Assembly: GCA_050084515.1 (NCBI GenBank)
Contig: CM114271.1
Coordinates: 20,460,001 to 20,524,000 of the forward strand
Source of the DNA: Blasia pusilla
Taxonomy: Eukaryota
Direction of reading: 5' to 3'
DNA length: 64,000 nucleotides
The notes below the pieces were generated by a model. It saw only the letters and a list, made by a program, of their open reading frames with translations, searched no databases and had not been told where the DNA came from. The position numbers and the translations under genes were made by a program. Shown here piece after piece: positions 50,201 through 61,535 of this stretch (positions within the stretch are counted from its first letter, which is position 1; each line of letters begins with the position of its first letter).

Positions 50201-53200
50201 CTTCATCAACCACCTCAACGGTGATGATCAGTGATAAGTGTGAAAGGGTTGCCGAATAAATAGCACCTGAATGTGCCACGGCCCACACTGCAGCCAAGCA
50301 CTCTCCCTCATAAGAATTGTACTTCACCTCTGCAATGTTGTTCGATCAGCTTGCGTAAGCCACAACGAACTCCCTCTCCTCATCATCCCTTTGAGTAAGC
50401 GGTGCTCCTAGACCCAACATGCTCCAATTCGTATGTAACTCGAATGGGCGACCCCTAAGTGGTCTCTGTAAAATGGGTGAGGACGTCAACCTGTCCTTGA
50501 GCTCTTGAAATGCTTTCTCCTCATCATCTCCCCACAACCAAACCTGATCAAGTCTCCTCAACAAGGTCAAAGACTTTGCGATCGCACTAAAACCCTTGAC
50601 ATACCATCGATAGAAGTTCGCTAGTCCAAGAAACACTCGAACTCGACTCACATCTGTAGGGCGTGGAATCTGCGCAATAGCCTCCACCTTTGTCTGCTGA
50701 ACGCCTAACCCACTCAGGTATATGGTGTGTTCCAAGTATTTAATATGCTCCTGAAAGAATCTGCACTTGCGTGGATGTAACTTGAGTCCATGTAACTGCA
50801 ATCACCGAAACACCTTCTCTAGGTGTCGCTCATGCTCCTCAACCGTGGAACTGAAGATAAGAATATCATCTATGTAATATCGTTCAAAATCCAAGCTAGC
50901 TAGAATCCTATCCATCATTCTCTGAAACTCTGCAGGCGCATTCTTCAACCCAATGGTAAGAACGGCCACTGATACAAGCAATCTCTCCCAAACCGATCTA
51001 TCCCCCATAATGTTGTCTTCTCCATGTCCTCCAACCTGATAGGAAGCTGATGATAGCCAACACGGAGATCTAAAGTACTAAAGGTCCTTGCATGCCCTAC
51101 CGCATCAAAGATCTCCTCAGGAGTAGGCATGGCCTACCGATCCGACCTCGTTTGTCGGTTGATAGGACGGTAATCTCCACACATCCGCCTATCCATCCAA
51201 TTGCCATACATATCCTTCTTCGCCGGCATGACTATGGCAGATGCATACTCCCCATATGATAACTTCACAAGTCATGACTCCTACTCTAAATCAAGTCTCG
51301 TTCCATATCAGAATAACTGTAGGGTCGACGAAAGCTTGGCGCATCACTAGCCAACTCAATCCGTATCTTGGGACCCTTCAGCATACCCAAGTCTCTCAAA
51401 CTGAAGGCAAAATAACTGACGTGCCCTCTCAAAAATGCCGTCGCTCTCCTCCTATCAACTTGAGACCTATCATAGGCTCCCAAGTCTCCATCGTGACCTC
51501 ACTCAAAGAGGATGCAACCTCTGGCTTTGTTTGCTATGTAGCAACCCTAGCCACCTCCGCAACAACCACTCTACTATGACCTCCTACCCCATGATCCACA
51601 TCCAAAAAATGAAAATTTGCTACTCTGGCCGCCTTTGCACTCTCCGCTCCAACGACATCCCAAGAAGCCCATGGGTGCCTATCTCTCCTCGTCCCGCCCC
51701 CAGCCAATGCGTGTACAGACCTTGTATGCAATGGTCTTACTGCAGATACCGGCAACAACTCATGATAGCTCTGGACCAATCTCCCTACCTGAGGTAATGA
51801 TACTCGCCGCGCGGTCTCATCTCTCTCCACATAAAGGTACTCATGCACCCGTATGCCCGCCTGCAATACCGCTGCCAATCTTGTGCTAATCCCTCCGAAG
51901 AGATCTAACACCCTAACACCCTCTTCTAGACACTGCCATACAACGGGTGTGGTATCCAATGGGGTCAACGTCTCCACTTTAGGGGCCCGATCGCCACCTG
52001 ACTCTCGTTGCTCCGGGATAAAGGCATGACTCCATGCCTGCCTCTCGAGGTTGTCGGCACTCCTCTGTAGCTCTCGAGTCGTACCCCACAATGGTGAAGA
52101 GGTCTCGCCAACATGGGAAGAGACACTCGCCATGGCCTGTCTCTCCGTGGAACTATCCACTATTGGGACATCCTCCGCATGTGCGCTCCCCTCCAACAAC
52201 TCTCCTGGCTAGCTAACACTACCTGTGAAAGCTGCCAACGTGGTCACAGACTCGTCTCGTGATTGACCACCTCATCGCAAACTGCATGGGTAACTAACTC
52301 ATCCGGCCGTCACCTGACTGCCACCCTGGTCGATAAGCAACGGTGTCCTCCTAGAAGTCAAGGATGAATCCTAGGGGATATAACACTATACTCCCCACCA
52401 ACACATCGTACGACTCAGTTGGTATCGTAATCGCATGTGTGCGCACCATAGCACTATCCGTCGCATGCTCTGGCTGGAATCTGACAACTATCTCCTGTTG
52501 AGTCATATACTGCATGGGTGACACGCCCCTAATCATGATCTGTATCTTGAAGGAACAAGGCTCAATGTCGGCCTTCCGTAACCCCAACGCTAAACACGCC
52601 AGCTTCCCTAACATCAAGGGTTGCGCTCTCGAATCAAGTAAGACGTGCTGCGAATGGTATACTGTCCCCGTCGGACTAACCAAACGAAATACTCCAGCTC
52701 GGTTATCCAATAACACTACTCCATGTATCACCACTGCTCGCTCTATGGCCGTTCGAGCTGGCATATCTACCAACTTCGCCGCCGCCGCATGTCATGACTC
52801 TATGGGGGATGTCCCAAGCACCGGCTCTAAGGGCAAGTCCACCACCTCCTCAACTACCTCTGAACAAGATGTAGTCATATCTCCACGCTCACACAACGTG
52901 GCGGCCAGCTAGAACACCTCAGTTGGTCCAACTCCCAACCTTGCCAACTCTATGGTGGAAAATAGTGGAGTCTGGCTCACTCTGGTGGCCACCTCAACAC
53001 CATGGTCGACATTGACTCCACTTGAGCGGACATAGGAGTTGTCACTCCAACTCCTCGTGATGTCGATGTACCTTCCTGACATGTAGGTACCGCTGGTCGT
53101 CGAGGCACCATCGATGGTGTGTGTAGTGCCTCCGAAAATGTGAATGACTGTGGAACCCTGGCCTGCCACCCATCAGTCCCCTTCGATGGGTCAATCTCAA

Positions 53201-56193
53201 CTCCACCTCTGGATGGCTCAGTGCGTCTTGCAACGCCCCCAGTCACCACTGCAGCCGCCTCAACCTGAGCTGGACTACACATGAACCCCCTACTAGCGAG
53301 ATCCTCACCCGTGTGAGGGTAAGAGGTAGAAGTTGGAGCCACACTAGCTGCTCGCGGCTCCGTGCCTTCCCTAAGCTGCATCATTGTCATGGCAGCAATC
53401 CTCTGATCCAACTCATCGATGCGTGAGAGAAGTTCCGACTCTGGTTCTCCTGCTCCATCTCCTCTGGCTGATGGTGGTCCTCTACCACCACGTCCACGAG
53501 TAACTCCCACACCTCCTCCAGGACAACCGCCCCCTGGCCCTTGGCCTACCTCTGGACGTGCCTCTCGATAAAGGTCAAAACATCTATCCCTAATGTGACC
53601 ATATGTGTGGCAATAGTCACACTGGTAATGTGGTGGGGCCATCCTCTATGGCTCCTAAGCAATTGGAGGCGCTTGTGGTCCTCTCCCATGTTGTGTGCAG
53701 TCTCTCTGCCTATAGGCCCCTCCACACGTCCAAGAAGACAACATCGGTCCCTGTTGGGCAACATATGTAGGTACGGTTCGTTGCCTCATAGGCTCATGGT
53801 ATCCACTCTGCTCTCTGGGCACACTGGCCCGCTCCCGTGGTACTGGCACTCACTGTGGCACATGTGGGATAGGTCACCGTCGCTCGTGGACCTGTCGACT
53901 CTCGAGAAAATCCAGCGGTCACTACATGCTCCTCACTCATGTTGAGCTCAAAACGTTCAGACAACTCAAAGATCACCTTCAATGTGGGCTTCGTTGTGTG
54001 AATCAGCACCGCATCTTAGACTCTCCTCCGTAGTTCTCGATCCTGAACCCCGTACCAATACTAGACTGACTGCGCCTCAGTCACTCCATAGGTACCAATG
54101 ATCAACCTCCTCATGCGTGTGAATGCCTCTCACCCGATCGTCGCTGAAAATCTTATAGACTCTTCAACTTGTCAGTACGTACGCCCTGGTAGCTCTTCCC
54201 CAACTATCGGAAGAACTCCACTATGGGACTAAAGCTAGGTGATGTCGTCCATCTCCTCCCAAGTGATATTGGCTCCGTCTGCAATCTCGTCACCAGATCC
54301 GGTATCTAGTGATGATGATCCAGCCACGGATGGATGTCAAGGTAGCTCCTCACTCGTAACCCCTCGATATCTCACTCCACTCTGTGTCACATCACTAGTA
54401 CTACTCGCACTCTAAACCCAAGAAGAACGCCGTGATGACAACCCTGTCTCACGCGCTTAAGCACTCAAACTCACCGAGAGTCTCCCACACTCCTCACTAG
54501 CTCACCTATGCTAACGTCAATCCCTTGATGACACACCCAACCTCACGCACACTCAACACTCAAGTTCACCATGAGCCTCTCACTAACTTACCTAACCTAT
54601 CGACACACTCGGGTCATACATGCGACCCCTACTCAGCAACCGCCATATATCCACTAACATGCTACACATGAAAAGAGTCTACACTCGTCACCATCACTGC
54701 ACCCACCTAGCACCAGCTACTACCCGATACCCAACACTCTCAATCACATAAGATAAGTGCGGGAAAAAGGGACTCGAATGGGTAACCTGATCATGCCCTC
54801 CAACCTACTGCACCGTCAACACTCACTCCTCCATATGGTATGGCAACCTCGCAACACGACACTCTCCTCGACCAACACATCGAACCTCCTGTCAGCATCG
54901 GTGTGTATGCCTCCATTAGAATCCTTGAAAACACCAGCCATGCTTGAAAAAGACTACGTCATGATAAAATCTCTTCGCCCACTCCAAAATGCGCCTCGCA
55001 ACCTCAACTCAACCCCGTCCAAACGCAACCCTGCACGTCTATGACGACACCCGTGCCTCTACTACGTTACCCTACTATATCCGTCCTGGCCCCTACTACA
55101 CCCGCCGCTCTGCCCCTACCTAGTATGATCCAACCACGTACATGATTACTACGTCCCTACCACATCCGCTCCTCCACGTCGCAACTACGTAAGGGAAAAA
55201 GGGCCAAGGGCTTGGCCCGGGTCCCTATGGCCCTAGAGCCCTAAATGCGGGGGGAGGGGGGGACTTCCCAAAGTGTGGGAAGGGGGGGCCCGCATCCCTA
55301 TGGGCCCTAAATGCAAGGGGGTAGGGGGATGCTGGGCTGCTCCTAAACTGTGGTAAGAGGGAGGGAGGGCCTTATAGGGCCCGCACCCCTATGGGAATTA
55401 AATGCGGGGGAGGGGAGGGGAGGGGAAGGGACAGGAAAGGCCGGGGTTTCGCGCCCCCGGCTCCGTCTTAGCTCCAGCTCCGGCTCGCAGTCACTTGCGA
55501 CCTAGCCGCGCCTAGCCCTGGCGGCTACAAGCTCTCAACGTTTTCTCTCTACACTCCCGCCGTGCGTCGTTCTCTCGACGCTCCAACACTCTACGTTGCA
55601 CCCGAGCGCTCCTGCGTGACTTCCACTCTGTTGTTGTCCCTCGTCAACCTGCACCAGCAAAATCTGAGAAAAATGGACAACCCTTCCGCCCTCGACCTTT
55701 CGAACAGAAAAATGACCAACGCCCGCAACACACGCATCTCCAGGGGCTCCCGACAGAGGCAACTCGCTTGCCTACTTGCAAACAATGAATTCCCACTAGC
55801 CCCCTGACATCTTTCTCATGTAAAAATAAATAGTAGTAAAAATGGCACACCTTGCCAAAAACTCCACTCCTCAATCTACCTCGGCATATCGAGCCTCGTC
55901 CACCATGTGCTATAAAGGGATCCGGACGCTAGCACCCTAGTCTTATCTCATATACATAGAAGAGAAATGTTCTAATGGCCCAACATTAGAAAGATGGTTT
56001 GGGAAAGCCATCTTCCTCCCTAAAAATAACTATCCTCTTGATAACATGCGCGCACAGGTTACCAGGAATGGGTGACCTGGTCAACAAGTCACCTGGTTGT
56101 GAAAGATCTCAACAAGAAATTTACTAGAAATCCGCTGGACTACTACGCCATATTCACGATAGATCTCGACCTATCGGCTATTCGGACGTGACA
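47201..56193 (-). mobile_element. Split-repeat family copy S3, complete end to end (A1-ORF-B1-A2-B2), with the MTase catalytic part deleted
   Basis: A1 ~55858-56193, B1 47450-47587, 2-bp spacer, A2 (internally deleted) 47339-47447, B2 47201-47338. TSD AAGG at 47197-47200 and 56194-56197. Domains gag/CCHC/PR/MTase motif I/RT(YIDD)/RH/IN/PHD at 47664-54350. Confidence 0.93.
48612..49406 (-). mobile_element. Solo A-B unit of split-repeat subfamily 2, inserted in the S3 integrase
   Basis: tgtcgtgcgc...gacgtgaca ends. Interrupts FSKW|IELVAL. Flanks atct and attc derive from a host ATCC 4-bp TSD. Confidence 0.85.
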
Positions 56194-56465
56194 AAGGAAA
56201 CCAATTTAGCTTAACCACGGGGCCAAATCCAGAAAATATTAACTTTCGATTGAACACAAATCTACAAAGTTTAAACAAACGTTTAACCACACGACGAGCT
56301 ATGAGAGAGAATAAAGAAAGATCTGTGGAGGAAGGGAGCGATGGGTTCAAGAGAAATGCCCCAACAACGAAGAATCGTAGTAGAGAATCCCATGGGTGAT
56401 CGACAGGATGAAGTAGTACGTGTCGAACGCAGAGATCGTGAGAATTGCAGCGTAACGTCGCGTGA

Positions 56466-59400
56466 ATGGGTGGGCTAGTGTGGAGGCCTGCTGGAGGAGG
56501 GGGCAGTTGGTGTGCGATTTCGGACAGGCTTGGCTTGAAGCAAGAGCGGAGGAATTTGAGAGTTCGTCGCGGAGGAGAGAAAATGAGTTGTCGAGCCAGC
56601 ATGGTGAAAGTCGCGGTGGGTCAGATGACGTCTGCTTCCAACATCAACAGCAACTTCCAGACTTGCGCCGCTCTCGTGCAGGTAACACGACCAGTTCCGT
56701 CTCCCTTGCTTCCGGGTTTCCTTTGCCGGGCTCAATGGGGCAACATCTCTCTCTCTCTCTCTCCCTTGTACAAAATCTGAAAGCAATATCAACTGATCTA
56801 TCCAAGATTTTAGCAGGTACACAATGAGGTTATCAATTTACAGCTCTCTTGTCTAATCAGAGCTCGATCATGATGTGACTCTCTATATTACCACACAACT
56901 ATACATGTTTCTGTTTCCAAGCAGAGATAATAGATCAGAGAATAGATTCATGGACCTCTCAATCTAAACAAATCGGACCAAGATCTCGAACAAGTTGGAC
57001 CAAATCGGACAAGTGTTCTCGCCAGTCTTCGATGGGCCTCAATTTGCCCCGATCTCTGCTTGCGCGCTCCGACGTTGCTATGGTTGACAGAGATTTGGAG
57101 GAAGTCTCTGGAGTTCTAAGTGGCCAGCCACTCTGGGGACGTTCGATCTGATGTCGGGATTGATTTCGCGGCCTCCGTCTGCGTGAGCGGCAGCGTGGAG
57201 TGCATTAATTCGTGGAATGATAAGGGCGAGTGGTCTGAGTTGAGCGGCGAGGACGGGAGCGTTTAGCTTTCGGGTGGCCGTGATAGCTCGGATCTCATTG
57301 TCCTGCACTTGTCGGCCTATACACATTTTTGGTTGGTGGTAGGGGTTTTGACGGGCAGTGTCTGTTGTGGGGTGCAGGAGGCGGTCGCTGCAGGTGCGAA
57401 GCTTTTGAGTCTGCCCGAGTGCTTCTCTTTCATCGGCTCTAGAGAAGGAGAAGCATTGGCTATTGCGGAGCCCCTGAATGGCCCGATTATGACGCGCTAC
57501 CAAAATCTTGCCAGGCGAGCATCTTTGGTTTGATTGTCGTAAGATGGATTCAAACACTGGCGATGACAATTGTCCGATTTAGTCTCTAATTGCGTCGCTG
57601 GTTCTAGAAATATGGTGTGGGTGTCTTACCTGGGGTGGTCCATCTCTTACTGTGTATGAATAGGACAGGGAGGCAGGGTTATGGCTAGCTCTCGGCGGTT
57701 TCCAAGAAAAGGGACCTGATGACGGTCATACCTTCAACACTCATGTTTTGTTGGATGATCTGGGAGTTGTACGGAGCATTTATCGGAAAATCCACTTGTG
57801 AGCACTGCTTCTAGTCTCGGAAAATAACAATATTTGTTGTTGTACTTCTTCAAAATTGCAATTTGTTATTTGTTTCCTTTTAGAAGGAGGCATCTTCACT
57901 TTTTCGAAAAAAGGATTAGGCCCTCTCCCACTCAACCGTTATCACAATTAGGAAGCTATGGCCAAATGTAAGCCCTCAGTCTCCGTGGATGGAAATGACT
58001 GCGGATAGAACGAAATTCCTAGTTCATTCTCTTCAGTGTACGTTCTAATCCAATAATACTCTTCACGATCATGTAAGCAATACTTGTGGTGGCTGAAGAT
58101 AGCACATAAACAGGATTGGCAGTCACGGTATATTAGGACAAAAGAACCCATGACCAATTGAGGTGCTCACTAGACACTTGGAGAGACTGCAATCCCAGCG
58201 GATTACATGTCTTCGGTACCTGCGCTGCGATCCGCAACGTGTTCAATTATTGCGTTGATAATGTGTTGGACAGTGAGTTAGAGTTAGTGTTTTGAGGTAC
58301 ATGAGTTCCTGAGTATGTTGATTTACGAATGCAGATTTGATGTGGATATCCCAGGGGGGCCAGTGCTCAAGGAGAGTAAATTCACAGCTGCAGGTTCATG
58401 TGCAGTCACCCGCTGGTTCCTTCTACATCATGGACTGTCAGTCATCCCTCTGTTTACAGTCTGACCATAGGCTGAGTTGCATTGAAGTATTTATCCCTCG
58501 TTAGATGTGAAATGGGTTCTGACCCTGCAACAGGATTCCAATTCATTACAACTACCTGTCTATTCATGAACTTGACCTCAGTTGTTTCATGTTAGGAATA
58601 ACAATTGAGAAAATTTGATATATTATCTTGGTAGAGCTCTGATTTAGCAAATGTCTAAACTGTGTCTTTGCTGCCTGCTAGTTTGTTGTGATGATAATTT
58701 TTAAAATTTTCCTTTCAGGTTCAGATGTAGTTGCCGTGGACAGCCCTATTGGGAGACTCGGGTTGACTGTTTGCTATGATCTTCGATTTCCCGAGCTGTA
58801 TCAACATCTTAGGTTCAAAGAGAATGTCCAGGTACACCTTTGAGTCATCATAAGCAAGTAAAGTTGCAAGAACCCGATGGTCCTCACATGGTTTTCTAAA
58901 CCATTGTGAGCATTTTTCTGCCCTACAACCTTCACTATTCTCCATGCTCAGTGGAGAGTGGCTCCTTTTTGCTGCTTCATGGTCCACTTCCATAGCATCA
59001 CTTTCATGTGTAGACCTAAGGACCTAGTTAAATTTATGTATAAGCAGGTTGCATAATTCAGCATGAACTACAATACTACATTCACGTTGAGTCCCTGCAC
59101 ATTTTAGCCTCTGACGTAAGGTCTGAAAACTCACCTTCACAGGTGCTGTTGGTGCCATCAGCATTTACAAAGAAGACTGGGGAGGCCCACTGGGAAACAC
59201 TTCTCCGAGCACGAGCTATAGAAAACCAATGCTATGTGAGTATAACTTGCTCATAAAAAATCAGGCAGAAACTTTTTGATGGGAGTCTAGCTATCACCAC
59301 ATCAATTGTCGTGGCAAAGGCATTACAAACTCCCTGAATGCCATCTCAAACTGACATGCCCTCACTATTCCATCGTAGGTTGTTGCAGCAGCGCAGGCTG

Positions 59401-60169
59401 GAAAGCATAATGAGAAGAGAGAGAGTTTTGGCGATTCTCTGATTATAGATCCTTGGGGAACAGTGGTTGCTCGCTGTTCAGGTATGTAAGAAGTGATGTG
59501 GCAAACTGCAAGGGTTCTGTACTCCAAGAACATCAGATTGCTCATGGGATTACATGAATTGAACAAAACTTTCAAACCAATGGAAGAAATTCCTTGTCTA
59601 ATCAATAAGACACAGACGGGGTGGATTAACGAAGTAGCCTTGTCTGAGAGAAACGCTCCTCAATAATTTCTAACAATCTCGTGTGGTTTTCAATTCCCTG
59701 ATGTTGAGAAATTTCTGGCGCAGATAAATTGATGACTGGAATAGCTGTGGCAGAGATTGATCATGCCCTTCTGGACAACATAAGAGATCGAATGCCTCTT
59801 GATAAAGTAAGTTACACTCCAACATTTCGATTGCCTCGTGAGAGTTAATGTGGTCACAACCTGTGAATGAACAGAATTCAAAGCCAGCATTAGATTTGGC
59901 TTTTATGCATCTCATAGATTTGGCTTCTTTGCGTCTCAAAGATTTGTAGACTTAGGTTGGGCTAAAACTAAATTGAGGACTAGAGTGTACAGTCAATGAC
60001 AATTACCCGTGATTTTTCTGAGCAGCATCGCAGATATGACATCTATGGAAGGAACTAGAGTGCACTTTTTCGGCAGTCAATGATAATTACCCGTGATTGC
60101 TCTGAGCAGCATCGCAGATTTGACGTCTATGGAAGGAACTGCAAACGGGACATGATGTCTTCTCTTTGA
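56466..60169 (+). CDS. Nit1-like carbon-nitrogen hydrolase (deaminated glutathione amidase, Arabidopsis At4g08790-like). Exons 56466-56681, 57378-57514, 57669-57797, 58335-58393, 58719-58831, 59143-59235, 59379-59481, 59724-59806, then 60026-60058 or 60110-60169
   Basis: Spliced product has [48 protein letters not shown] and IIDPWG, including the E-K-C triad. The start codon is uncertain. Confidence 0.93.
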
Positions 60170-61535
60170 GCAGTGCTTGTCAACCTCGTAACCGGCACCT
60201 CGGTGGGTGGAGATGATTGTCCACACCAAGTCAGCCTAGCAATTAATTATGTCATTAAACCTGACGGTTTTTGTGGGTGTTAGTCTCCTAATGCAATCCA
60301 TAATGATAAATGTTCTCTTACGTAAATTTCTAAGTGGAAGATTTGTACTGTCGAGGTAACGAGAATCGTTTTCTTTCGTGACGATAATTTTCTTAGTAAA
60401 TGATTTTATGTTAAGTACTTTTGCGCAGGATTCTTTCTCATAAGTATGCCCGGAACGTTTTTTGGTGTAAAACTGTTGAAAAGTGTATTTGGAATTATTT
60501 GAATATAGACTTATACAAATGCATAAAAATTTCGTCCGTATCCACTTCATTAGTGGAAAGATATACAGAAAACAATGCCTTCCACTAAATTTTTTTATCT
60601 AGTAATCCGATTCATTCGAGATGACATCTTCTCTACTCACCTCCACCTCCTGGGTTATATGAAAGACCGTCCACTCACTTCTTCCTCCAGAGTTATCTGA
60701 AGGGCCGGCTTATCTGGATTGTTGGGGCAGTTACCCAATAATCCAAGGAAAGTTTATCATAATGAATTACTTTCACCTTTGACAAGCGCAGTGGTAGTGA
60801 GTTATGTCCAGATATCTAACCACTGGAAATGTCAAAAGTTTACAATAGTGAAACTTGTGACACAGATTCACTTTAAACCTGCTCTCTCCCCCATGATCGA
60901 TTAGTATGTCAAAAAGCCCCTCCTGACACATCCTGGAACTGGACATCTACTTTCGAAGCAGCTGTTGGTACATGCCAAGACTAGCAACCTTGTTTCGAGG
61001 TCTAGCCAGCTGACAGAAAACTTCGAATGATGATTTCCTTAATCTACCCAAAAGTAATACATTGTGGCATGTGTGGGATACCCTTGGTTATAAGCTCTAA
61101 TGTAGTCCTGGACTGCAATTTCCATCAATAGTTAGCCTGACTGCATTAGTTTATACTCCTGGAAATGCATTTGAGACTTCATCAATATGGCAAAACCACA
61201 AACTATTTCAAAACCAACCTAGTGCAATCGATAGAAAGGATGTTCATCTTATTCCACTTGTGGCATGAACTTCTCCTGCTTGTTCTAAAAACACGTTCTC
61301 AGTGGTCAACACTACCAATTCAACCAGGCACAACTCATACAAACAAGAGGGCCTTCTGCCATTTGTGAGGACACACCACTGCAGTAAATTTCTAGTAACA
61401 GAACCCAAACAGTCTTTTACCTCTTTGAACTGCCGGATAAAACCTACACTCCATTCTTCACTACTCCATCTTTAAGGCTGGTAGAGTCCATCTTCGGAGA
61501 CTTTCACTCAAGTCTTTTCATTAGATGAAGCATTC

